NCBI GenBank assembly: GCA_029953675.1
Contig: JAMWBK010000002.1
Location: forward strand, 3,410,001 to 3,474,000
From: Rhodosorus marinus CCMP1338
Lineage: Eukaryota > Plantae > Rhodophyta
Direction: 5' to 3'
Length of the DNA: 64,000 bases
In this document: in pieces, positions 48,481 to 59,359 of the stretch
How the letters are laid out: each line of letters opens with the position of its first letter
How positions within the stretch are numbered: position 1 is the first letter of the stretch
The notes under the pieces: model-generated
What the model saw: only the letters and a program-made list of their open reading frames with translations
Databases searched by the model: none
Told to the model about the DNA's origin: nothing
Program-made: the position numbers and the translations under genes

Positions 48481-48826
48481 ATGGATTCCTCATTTTCAGC
48501 TCCGTTGAGGTTTGACGGGCGCTTGCTTTTGGACGTCGTAGATTCGGAGTGGGCCAAAGAGAAGTTGCCAGTTGAAGGTAAAATTATGTGCTCGGCGATA
48601 CCTCGCCAAGTCTGTATCGAGCCCAGGGCTCATCAACTGTTTTCATTGACCCGTTTGAGGGGGAAACCAAATAGTTCTAACACAGAAGTACCTTTGGATC
48701 GCAGATATACAACCAGCAGAAACTGCAGCTGCGGTTTTGTGCGAAGACGATCACGATGCAGTTGATGAGAAGCAGGAACAAAGAAAGTGGACTGACTTGG
48801 TCTTGCATGACCTGGTGCGGAACTGA
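48481..48826 (+). CDS. APC13: Anaphase-promoting complex subunit 13, 2 exons
   Basis: Exon 1 MDSSFSAPLRFDGRLLLDVVDSEWAKEKLPVE, intron 48578-48704, exon 2 DIQPAE...EQRKWTDLVLHDLVRN*. This matches the recalled APC13 motifs DGR(I/L)LD..D..W...KLP.ED and KWTDL.L. Confidence 0.8.
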
Positions 48827-48880
48827 ACGCTTCGCACCATTGTATACTTGGGTTATAAGTTTTCTTGTACCTCAGATTGA

Positions 48881-49002
48881 CGTAGGAAGGTCAGATCGCA
48901 AAAATCGATCAAACCATGGCATACACTTGTCTCTGCATCAGATTTTGCTTGGGCTCCGGCAGAGGACTTGCAAAATGCTCCACGGCTCTAGTGGCATCCT
49001 TC
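48881..49002 (+). pseudogene. Degenerate chromodomain-coding fragment (possible chromovirus integrase relic)
   Basis: Translates as RRKVRSQKSIKPWHTLVSASDFAWAPAEDLQNAPRL; a frameshift continues as VASF. Resembles the chromodomain RR.R...W....S...WEP.E.L.NAP.LV..F. Flanked by stops. Confidence 0.4.
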
Positions 49003-49665
49003 GGAATACCTTGGACGAGACACTTGCTTAGGAGTTGACCTAGACTGAGTATGTTCATTCTCAACCGAATCGATGCAAATCGTGGAAACCAGTAGCAAGG
49101 ACCGTAGGAACTGGCCTACTGTTCCCACAACTCAGCGCATAGGTAAATGTGTAGAATCGACATAAGAGGACAGTGGGGACAGAGGCTCATCTCACTAAAG
49201 GGTATAGTCGATTGTCAGCTCTCCGCCTCCACTTCCTTGTTTCCAATAGACTCGAAGCTCTCCCAGATAGGCGGATCTATATATAAAATATTTGTTGCCT
49301 GCTCTCATTGAGGGAAATCTCGGGAGATTGTGTTCGTTGGTCATATCCACGGCAAGTGGTAACTAACGCACATGCGGTTGCTCCCCGTTTGATCCCGCGA
49401 CAGTCGCCCCTTGAGCTTAAGATTTTAAATGTTTGCAAATATTTTGAGAACATTTCAAGATTTGGTTTGGTCAGCGAGTGCCTACAACGGCAGGGGCGGG
49501 ATGCAGCCCCCACGCGACTTCTCAGTTTGCATAGGCATTGAGGGAAGCTTTCACTGGAGGAACATTACCCCAAATTCTCATCTGTTTCCTTTTTCGTCTT
49601 GTCGGCTCAATTCTGTTGAAGGGGTCGACGTGCTCGATGGAACCGTAGAAAGCCTAGTTTGCCAG

Positions 49666-51507
49666 ATGAAAATCGAACATCTAGCGGAAATGGTTGGCGG
49701 GAGTCTTGCGTGTGATGGACCGAAAGCTTGGTCAGAGACCTCTCAGCCGGGCTTTATACAGGTGCCGCCTGGCTCAAACAGAACATTGTTTGCGCGGAGA
49801 CGTGCTGATGGTGTCTGCCTAAATGCTACGAGAGGTCCGCGAAGGGGTCGGCGAGGGGCCTCGCGAGGCGGAAACCGGCCGAGGCGTCATGGCGGGGGGA
49901 AAGCCGGCAATTTTGACGTTGTCATTGATATGGAACCGAAACCAGCAATACAAAGGCAGGTAGAGTATTACTTTTGCGAGGAAAACCTTCGCACTGATGA
50001 CTTCCTTCAACGAAACTTAGACGGAGACGGATTCTGCAGTATAAATATCATCTCAACGTTCGCACGCATACGAATCTTTACTGCAAAGTTGAAGGACGCG
50101 GGTGACCCGCGCCCAAGCGAGGAACTAATTGCAGATGCCATTAGGGAATCTCCTTACCTTGAAGTAGGTCGTGACTCTGGTCACCTACAAGTTAGAAGGG
50201 TGCTGAAATACAGCTTGAAGGATATATCTGGTGGAGTCCCGGTCACCGTTAAACCATCTAGAGCGTCTTCCTCAACGAAGGAGGAAAGGGGAGCTCCTTG
50301 CAAGTATCATTTTGCGGGTTACTGTGACAGAGGCAGTCGCTGCCCAAATACGCACAATATGGATTATTGTGACGCTATTGAGAGGCAGTGGATGAATCCG
50401 ATCGGAAGCGGTTCTGCGTCGAAAACCGGACCCCTTGTGGACAAATTGAAAAAAATCTGTTCTCAGCTAGGTTTGTCCAGTCCGTCTTTGTCCTACGCCT
50501 CAAAAATGGTCAGGAGCAAGCTTGACGCTGCTCAAGCACGGACGGTGGGTGAGCGACAGGCTTTCGACTACTTCGTTGTAATTGATATCGAGGGTCAGCA
50601 TGAGATTATAGAGTTTCCTGCCATTGTTTTCTCGACCAAAGGTCTAAGAGAGGTGAGCCACTTTTTTCTGAGCAAATCTCTGATCGCTCCTACTAGTTTC
50701 TGGTTATGCCTAGCCCCGCAGCGTTCGTTGAAATTTTCTGAAAGAGCGTGCGAAGAGAAACGTTTTGTTGCGTACGGACTCGATTAGTTTTTCCTGCTAA
50801 ACTTTTCGTGGACGATTCGGTGATTTTGCGCTCCCCCGCGCGCCTGTTCTAGGTTGGCAGATTTCATCGGTGGGTGAAACCCGTGAATCTTTGGCGTGGA
50901 AAAAGCCTGAATCCGCGGTCAGACTCTGTTCCCTTCTCTCAAGTGCTGAAGGAATTCGAGGCCTACTTGCGTGAACTCGGCTTAGTCGGTAAGTTATTGA
51001 GGTTGCATGGGCCGAAGCTGCCGTACCATTGAAGGGTGCAGGCTAAGTGTACGAACGTACTTCTTAGTCTGGGGTTAGACGGAGTGACGTGCTCAGAGCT
51101 GAGCTTCAGTAGGAAGAGAGATTCTCTAAAGTCGATGCTATGCATTCGCTTGTGTCCACTTTCGTAAACTAGGACGTAACAGCAATGAAAATCGGTTCGC
51201 AATGGTGTGCTGTGGAAACTGGGATGTCAAAACACAGATTCCAAAGCAATGCAAATTGAATGGCGTATCTGTGCCGAGGTACATGAGACAGTGGATTAAT
51301 ATCAAGGATGTTTTTAATGAGGTGTATGTTTCGAAGACGAAAGCGACCGGGATGAAGGCTATGCTTAGACGCAGTGGACTGGTAGGTACGGACGGCGCAG
51401 TGGAAGGAGTTCACCACTTGGGTATGCATGATACAGAAAACATAACAAGAATTCTACTCCGATTGCTGGAGCAAAATGTGCAAATCGGTATAACTGGAAA
51501 ACTGTAA
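49666..51507 (+). CDS. La-motif + CCCH zinc finger + ERI1-type DEDDh 3'-5' exonuclease fusion protein, at least 3 exons (start uncertain; ORF is open from 49429)
   Basis: La motif IQRQVEYYFCEENLRTDDFLQRNLDGDGFCSINIISTFARIR; C-x7-C-x5-C-x3-H finger; ExoI FDYFVVIDIEGQHEIIEFP; ExoII CCGNWDVKTQIPKQC; QWINIKDVF; ExoIII HHLGMHDTENI. Introns at about 50653-50850 and 50988-51170 keep the frame. Confidence 0.85.
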
Positions 51508-52351
51508 CATCCAGTAGTAAAAACAAGCAGCAGATTCAGTTTTCCGCGGCTGTTCCCTAGCGTACCCTCCAGTGGTTGCTAACTAGACTAGTACATGATA
51601 TTTAGTAGAAACAAACCCCCAGGAGTAGAGTCGAAAGCCACACCCGGCCTACTTTTCTTCATGGGCTTGCTTTGAGTCGCATTCTTGGGACCTCCTGTAG
51701 TTTCATCGAGCCCCATATCCCGACGGTCACTGCGGTTGTGCCCGGCTAGTTCCTTAGGTTCTCTGACTATAATTGCTGAGAAACTGAGGCACTTTTTACC
51801 GACAGAGTCCCACATCCCTTCCTCATTCACAAGACATCTCTGCGAATTACGGGACGACCTGATTTGCCAAGTTTCTCGAACCCGTGCCCATGAGAGGGTT
51901 GAGAGCTGATGCTAAGTAGAAGCGATATTCGCTCAGAGACAAATGACGGGAGCGACACTGGCAGCAATTTCGGACAGGATTTGAGGGACTACAGCCTGGA
52001 TGGACATCAAGATATCCATCCGGGCTATAGTCGACACGCCTCAGAGCCGTCCTAGGAGATGTACAAAATCATGGTTGCCTTTTCGCCGGATTCTCATATG
52101 TCGTCTACAGTATACCTTGAAAGAGAAAGGGGAATAACGGGCGCTTGAGCTGAATTTGCAGCTTCCCATTGAGAAATTTGAATGCCATGGATCCCGGTGC
52201 CGATTACAGTAATAGTAAGAAAAAAAATTACAAACCTATTCATAACAGTATTATCAATGTTTGGGACGATAATAGTAAAACTTAACGGAACTTTAAATCG
52301 CAGCAGCAAATCAGATTCCTGAACGGTAAAAGCCGACCATGAACGCTGATC

Positions 52352-52750
52352 GTGGTGATCCACTCGTATATTTATGGAGCTCGGATGGATTGGGTTTTTC
52401 AGGCCACGCGAAGTTTCAACAACAGGCTGTCTTTGAAAAGCTACAGTTTGACTCAAGTCTTGGCGTTGGAAGAATTCCCTGAATTATCGCTTGAAAAGTT
52501 AATAGTTTACAGGAGAACCTATGCTCTTTCTTCGCCTGGGGCAGTCTCTGTTTCCAGAACTTCCAGCCGCGGCGAAAAAGAGCTTGACCCGACCATGTTC
52601 AAGGGGCATTTTGCCCGAGAATTTTGCCGTTGCCCTGAAGTTAAGGACTCCTGCCGGGAGCGTGCCTACGCGCTAGCAAAAGGGGCCATGCTCATTGATT
52701 GGGTAATTGGCCAGAAACTGGAGTGCCATACTGAGTCTACCGGCATTTAA
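52352..52750 (+). pseudogene. Disrupted ORF, weakly similar to the family-B DNA polymerase exonuclease region
   Basis: IYGARMDWVFQATRSFNNRLSLKSYSLTQV...EKLIVY recalls GR..(F/M)D.......KL.SYSL..V...L..YC. The same frame upstream contains stops. Confidence 0.25.
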
Positions 52751-53271
52751 TTACTAATTTTCATATTCATGTATAATGAATAAATAATAAAATAAGTAGT
52801 TGTTTGCATTCACCAAATCAACACGTGGCGGAGACGCTTCTCGTTTCCTCACGTCCGCAACTGCTTTCTGCCGGACTTGCTTCGACCAATGAAACGCCGG
52901 AAACTGTGCGGCTGGTGGAAGAACCCTGTCACAGACAATTAGGAGGCTTTTCCAACAAAAGAGACTTAGGCGGGGTTGATAAGCGCTTTTTTGTGACAGA
53001 GCGCACTCCAGAGATGAAAAAGTTTCTGCCCTAAGAAGGGAATGGTGAGTAAGTGCAATAATTCCTCGGAAGAAGCTGCGGCTTCAGTCTTAACTTTGTT
53101 GGAGGAGGGCTAGCTTAGAGTAGAGAGGGCGGGGATTCGGTCGTGAGCGAGTTACAATAGTTGGTTCCCCTGTACCACCTTGAACGGGTCGAAACCGCTT
53201 TGAGCTGAGGTCGTCTGGGGCTTGGCCTTTCGCGGCCGTGATTATAGTGCTGATTCTATAGAAAACCTAGA

Positions 53272-55844
53272 ATGGATCGAGGTCGACGGGAAGAGATTAC
53301 GGGCGGATTTGTCGCAAGCGGCTTCCATGGATGTCGCACTTTAAGTGCTCGGATCTCTTCGAAAGCCGTGGGCACAAGCTGTGGTTGTCATTCGTCGCCC
53401 AGAATACAGGCTCGTCGAAGATGTAGAGTCGCAATGGTCATTTCCAAGGGAGTTCCGAATTCAATGGCTGCCGAGGAAGAAGACCCACGGCGAAGAGGGC
53501 GCTTCTCGAAAACCGTGCCGGAACTCAAGCGCCAAGTGCGGTACTGGTACTCACTGGCGAGGACTGCAGAAAGTGAGGGGGATCTAAGCGCGGCAGAAGC
53601 TCTGTATAGAAAGTGCATTGACCTCGACGAAAAGGATGGACACTCATGGCTGGCTCTAGCACAAATGCATTCCCGAAGAGACCCCGGAGAGGCGCGAAAG
53701 GCATTCGCAGCGGCACTCCTCCAATGCCCAACAAACGTCCACCTTCTTCAAGCTTTCGGAGTTTTTGAGCATCGCATGGGAAACCTTGATTCTGCGAGAC
53801 AACTGTTTCATGACGCGCTAGCCATCGAACCAGCAAACCCGTACGTATGCCAAGCCTGGGGGCTCCTCGAACAGCGGAATGGTGAGACTGATGTTGCTAG
53901 GGATATTTACCGAAAGTGTACAGAGAGGCAACCACAGAGCGAAGTGTGCGCAGCTTGGGCCACACTTGAGTTCGGCGACGGTAACGCGAGGAAGGCCAGG
54001 GAGCTGTTCAAGCTCGGTCTGCGAAGCGTAAAAAGAGGGCTAAAGAGCAGAGTCGCATACTTGAACAGTTGGGCCGAAGCTGAGGAGCGCTCAGGGAACC
54101 TTGCTCAGGCGCGCAGCTTGTTGGGGGAGGCCTTGCAAGGCTTGCCAACAGCTGAAACTCGGATTAAACTTGCGAAGCTTGAAGCTAGAGCTGGTTCCCT
54201 GATGAAAGGATTGGATCTGATGAAGGGTGTAGACTCAGAAGCGGAACCGCTTTCAGCAAATGCGTACAATGGATGGGCTTTCCTTGAGATGCAGGCGGCA
54301 AATACTGGAAGGACGCGGGAACTGCTGAAGGAAGGAAACGCAAAGTTCCCCATGGATGGGGCGCTATTGCAAACTTGGGGAACCCTGGAAGAAAAGTGCT
54401 GCGAGTACGATACAGCAAGGGAGCTCTACTCCAAGAGCGTCGAAGTGCGCCCAACTGCCGTTGCCTTGGTGGCATGGGCTTGCATGGAGGCAAAACTTGG
54501 AGACACTGCTCGCGCACGAGAACTTTTCACGAATGCTTTGAGAGTAGACCCCCTGCATGGAGCGGCTTACCATGCCTATGCCAGTTTGGAAATGAAGCAA
54601 GGGAATGTAGCGGAGGCGAGGAGTATTTTCGAGCTTGGGCTTGACAAGGACCCTTCAGCTTCTGTACTCGTTGGCTATGCGCAATTGGAAATGAAATTTG
54701 GAAGTAGAAAAGACAAGGCTAGAGAACTTTTTCGAAGGGGAGTGTCACAAACTCGAGGCGATGCTTCTTTCATCTGGCACGCGTGGCTGACAATGGAACT
54801 AAGGGAGCGCGATCCACTCTCTGCGCGAAATATTGCCCTTGAAGCCAGGAAGCGATACTCAGGGAACTCGAGGGTAAGTAGATTTGTGCCTGATGCGAAA
54901 AGCAGACGTACGTTTATTTTTTTTCGCCTGTCTTCTCACCGTTCTGTTCCGCCATGCTGTTCAACTGCTGTTGCAACAAATTCCTCCTCCTACCTTACCA
55001 GATCCTTGTCGCTAGTGCTCTTGCAGAGGCAATGTCCGCAAGGGGGGTACCTCCAAACTTTGACAAGAGCAGGGAGTTCTTCAAAGAGGCCGTGCTCGTG
55101 GATCCGTTTCATGCTCATGCTTGGCAGACGTGGGGTGTGCATGAGTTTCGAAACGGCAACGAGGCCATTGCACGCGGGCTCTTTCAGAAGGGTCTCAACA
55201 ACTGCCCCTCTCATGGACCTTTGTGGCAGGCTTGCGGAGTGCTAGAGGTAGAGGATGGGAATTTCGACGAAGCCGAGATGATGTTTCGCAACGGGATTTC
55301 CAAGTGCCCGAACCATGTTCCCCTCTATCAAGCTTGGGCCTGTATGGAGGTCAGGCGAGGCGGCTTTGGCACGGCCAGAGAACTTCTCGAACAGGCTTTG
55401 AGGTCTGATCCCAGTCATGGCGCTGTTTGGACCGCGTATGGCCTTCTGGAGAGCAAGTATGGCTCTCTGGAAAAGTCCAGGGAGCTCTTTCTGCAAGGAC
55501 TTCGCCGAGCTCCAAATCATGGCCCTTTATATCGTACCTTCGCGATGGTAGAAGAGAGGTTGGGTAACTACGAACGTGCTAGACAACTGTTCAGGGAGGG
55601 AATCGAGAGGGATCCGTACGATGCTCCGTCCTATCGAGAACTTTCACTGCTGGAGAAGAAGTTTGGGCGCAGGGATGCTTTCAAGGAGCTTGCCCTTCAG
55701 GCTCAAGACGTGTTTGGATCTGGCAACGTGAAATCGGTCCTTCTTGAAGGCAAGTGTTCCAACTTCGTCAGTGCGGGAGATGAAGATGATCTTGAGCTGA
55801 CGAAGCTGTGGTCGATGGAGCATGCTTTAGATCTCTCCAGCTGA
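53272..55844 (+). CDS. HAT/TPR-repeat protein, probably plastid RNA-binding (HCF107/Mbb1-like), 2 exons
   Basis: Many 34-aa repeats with W..W...E...G....AR.LF...L..DP.H patterns; Ser/Arg/Cys-rich N-terminus; intron starting at about 54874 joins the two ORFs. Confidence 0.8.
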
Positions 55845-56924
55845 GCTGTAGACTCCCAAACTCTTGCTTTTTGTTAACGGGTGCTTTCTCGTAAACGGCC
55901 CAAGCCCTTTACGAGAGAGTCTCTTGTGCTCTCCGCACTCGAGCGCATGAGATCGGAATTGGCTTTGCTGCACCTTTTTCGTTCTTGACTAATTAGTTCT
56001 TTCCTTTTACTTAAGAGAATAGCATAGATTAGGAGCTTTCTCTATTCTGTATAAAGCAATCAGTTAACTCACTGCCATGATAGGAGAAATGCCCTATTGC
56101 GAGTTTGAGGTAAACCGTAACCTCTCCCCGAGGAGATTATGGCAGCGCTTTTCATTTGCCGCATCCATGATTTAATAAAATTTTGGGCTTTTTGCTTTTA
56201 CCCCAGCCTGCCCTACAAACTCAGCCGCTGGTCAAAGATGCTCCGTTGCAAGGCGCTTTGGTACGTCTAGGAGCGGAATTTTTCACCCGCACATTTGTTT
56301 TTTCCCGGAGGCTCATGCAGCATTTAAGAGCTGAGGAGCAATGGAAACAGCCTGTTTCGCCCTGCCGGTCTCTGAGCCTTAAGCACCAAACCGGCTCTAC
56401 CTCGTTCATTGATGCGCTGGGAGGCACTCGAGCACCGCAAAGCTAAATTCGAGTTTTAGTATCGATACAGCCAGCCCTGGAGAGGCAATGCAATCTCCGC
56501 GCACCACTCTTGGCCTTGATGAACCGTGTCGAGAGCGGTGTTTCCATTCCACGAACGGAATTTGGTTCGGCTTTTTTGAAGCTGTTCTTGGTCTCGCATG
56601 CGTACCTGCACTGCATGAACGCAATCGCTTAGTCCCAGTTTACCGAGTGGTCTCAAGTTTGACACATGCGAAAAGTGCTGGGGCCAAACACAAAGTGGAA
56701 AAGTCAAAAAGCGTTTCTCAGCTCGCTATAGGCGGGGGTGCTGTTCCTGCGCACTCGGGGTGCGTGAGCTATGATAGGTCTGGTGGGAAGCTGATAGTGT
56801 AGCTAATTGAACAAGGTCTTACGCAGAAGTAGTATGCAAGGCACGCAAGGCGGAGGTCTGAAAGCAGTCAAGAGATGCATGGAAGAGTAAAAGAGAAAGT
56901 CGAGACGCTCTGCTCTTTGACAGT

Positions 56925-58484
56925 ATGGCCTCAGGAACTTCGAAATCTGGGCAATACGAACCTGTAGATGCTGGAGGCGCCTCGGTTGAGCCATCCGAGG
57001 TCGTAGCTGAGCAGAGCACCTTTTCTGAAGGCAGGAAACCTATTCGGCAAAGGGTCTTGGACTGGATTTATCCTCCGGAGGCCCCGCAAGCAACTCAGCT
57101 GTGGAGAGTGGAGAATATTGCGATTCCGCTTGGGTACTGCATGGTAGGATTACTTCAAGGGCTGGGAAGTGGAGTCATGGCAGTGTACCCAATAGAGATT
57201 GGAGCTACGGAAGCCCAGCAGACTTCTATCAAGCTGATCCAGTCCCTACCAGCTTCCTTGAAAATCCTTTTCGGGTTTCTGAGCGATACGGTTCCGCTCT
57301 TCGGGTTTCGAAGAAAGGGGTACATGCTGACGGGTTGGATGTTGTCCTCGGCAAGCATGTTTACTCTCCTCGCCCTAGGCGTACCCTCCATACCCCTGCT
57401 TGCGTTGTTATACTTCTGGTATGGACTTGGATTTTGGTTGGCGGACGTTATTGCCGATTCTCTTGTTGCTGAAAAGGCGAAGCTCGAGCCGGAAGGACAG
57501 AAGGGAAAGCTCCAATCTACTTGCTATGCGTGCAGGTTTTTCATGTTAATGGTGGGCGCGGCATTCGCAACCTATGCGTACGACGCTCTCTCCCCGAGGT
57601 TCATGTTCTGGGTAATGGGGCTTGCTCCGGTCGCCATCTGCGTGCCCGCAACGTACTTGCTAGCGGAAAGACGCTATGCTGATGTTCCATCTGTCAAAGC
57701 TCAGAGTCTAGAAATCTGGTCTTCTGTGACATCTCGATCGGTCTGGCAGCCGATGGCATTTATATACGTGTACAATTTGCTCCAGATTGGCAATGCGGCT
57801 TGGACTCAATTCCTCTATACGAGGTTGAAGTTTTCCGCGACCATGATTAATTCCCTCATGGTTGTTGCAAAAGTCATGCTTTACTTCGGAATTATGATCT
57901 ACAAGTACGGCATGATGGCCTGGAGTTGGAGACTAGTTTACATATTCACAACTCTCTTGAACGCAGTATTTTCCACCCTCCAAGTAGTCCTGGTTTTTGG
58001 GTGGAACCAGAAGGTTGGTGTTTCAAACTTCCTTTTTGCACTTGGTGATGACGCGATCGCGGATTTCATTGCGGGTATTCAATTTTTGCCGTCGAGCATT
58101 ATGTTCGTGAACCTTTGCCCTGTTGGTTCGGAGGGAGCGTCTTACGCTATGTTTACAACGGCGAGCAACACCGCGCTGGGTGTGGGCAGTTCCCTGTCAA
58201 CGTTGCTGCTTGGCATCTGGGACGTCAGCAAGCAAGCCCTAGAATCCGGGCAGGTTTACGGAATGGCCAAGTTGACAGTATTGACAACTCTTCTTCAGAC
58301 CAGTGGGTTGTTGTTTGTGTTCCTCCTTCCAAGAAACAGGGATGAACTGCTCGCTCTCTCCCATCGCGGTCGTTCGAGGGTAGCTGGGGCAATTTTTTTG
58401 GCTGCAGTTGGGCTGGGAATACTGTTTTCCATCGTTGACACTCTGTTGAACGTGCTCGTGCCCGGCTGGTCAGGAGAAAGTTAA
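56925..58484 (+). CDS. Folate-biopterin transporter (BT1/FBT family, MFS)
   Basis: LPASLKILFGFLSDTVPLFGFRRKGY, ADVIADSLVAE, GKLQS and LCPVGSEGASYAMFTT; about 12 hydrophobic segments. Confidence 0.9.
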   Translation: MASGTSKSGQYEPVDAGGASVEPSEVVAEQSTFSEGRKPIRQRVLDWIYPPEAPQATQLWRVENIAIPLGYCMVGLLQGLGSGVMAVYPIEIGATEAQQTSIKLIQSLPASLKILFGFLSDTVPLFGFRRKGYMLTGWMLSSASMFTLLALGVPSIPLLALLYFWYGLGFWLADVIADSLVAEKAKLEPEGQKGKLQSTCYACRFFMLMVGAAFATYAYDALSPRFMFWVMGLAPVAICVPATYLLAERRYADVPSVKAQSLEIWSSVTSRSVWQPMAFIYVYNLLQIGNAAWTQFLYTRLKFSATMINSLMVVAKVMLYFGIMIYKYGMMAWSWRLVYIFTTLLNAVFSTLQVVLVFGWNQKVGVSNFLFALGDDAIADFIAGIQFLPSSIMFVNLCPVGSEGASYAMFTTASNTALGVGSSLSTLLLGIWDVSKQALESGQVYGMAKLTVLTTLLQTSGLLFVFLLPRNRDELLALSHRGRSRVAGAIFLAAVGLGILFSIVDTLLNVLVPGWSGES

Positions 58485-59359
58485 TGTAAGTGACAAACGA
58501 AAATGTCAGAATTGAAAATGATGGAAAACGGTGGTGTAGCAATGAACGGGGTCCTGATCACAGGGCACAACAGCAAACAGGATTGCGCTCACTAGGCCAC
58601 GAGAGAGCGAAACCTAGTTCGCCACTTCGACTTGGGAGCATCTCAGACTCTCCCCCTGAACCCGGGTAGACCCGTTCGCTAGTGTTGCTGTACGCCTCAG
58701 TGACGACCAAGTCGGACCTAGCCTTTCGCGTCGTGCGTGTCGTTGAACTAGAGGTTCTTGCCGTTGTCCGTCCATTGCTCATTGGAAATTGCGAAGATGT
58801 GACTGCGCGATTAGGATTCTGGTCGCGTCATTGCGCCATGCGTACAGTAAACATAGTAGCCACGTCAAGGTGGTCTTACAGTGAACGTGCGTGTTTTCTT
58901 TTTCTATTCTGCGCTGCATATGCTATAAGATGGTAGTTTTCGCGCTCTCTGAGTTTTGTTGCTCTACAGTCGAAGAGTGCCCAGGGTCGATAAACTATTT
59001 CAGGATTTACACATCGGTTTCTGCCGATGCTTTTTACAAGTCCGCTAACTCTTGACTCATTCTCGTAAGTCTGGAGTTACACGAAGTAGTACACTCATCG
59101 TCCCCAAGCTGCCAGACCACTATGAGAGCAGCTCTTGGTTTTGTGCTCCACCTCCCGTTTATTGATCCACGCTGCCGCTGCATCCGAACCAAAGCAATCC
59201 TTCGGCCCCCGAAAAGGAAAGAAATTAAAAAAGCCGAAAGTCCGAGCTCAAAATCGACCACTTTCGCTCTGGCGGCCGTGCGAGGACATCGTGGTTGAGC
59301 AACGCAACGGAGAGAGTAGCTATGATCGCTGTGACGGTGTCTGAGACCTAGTAACAGCG

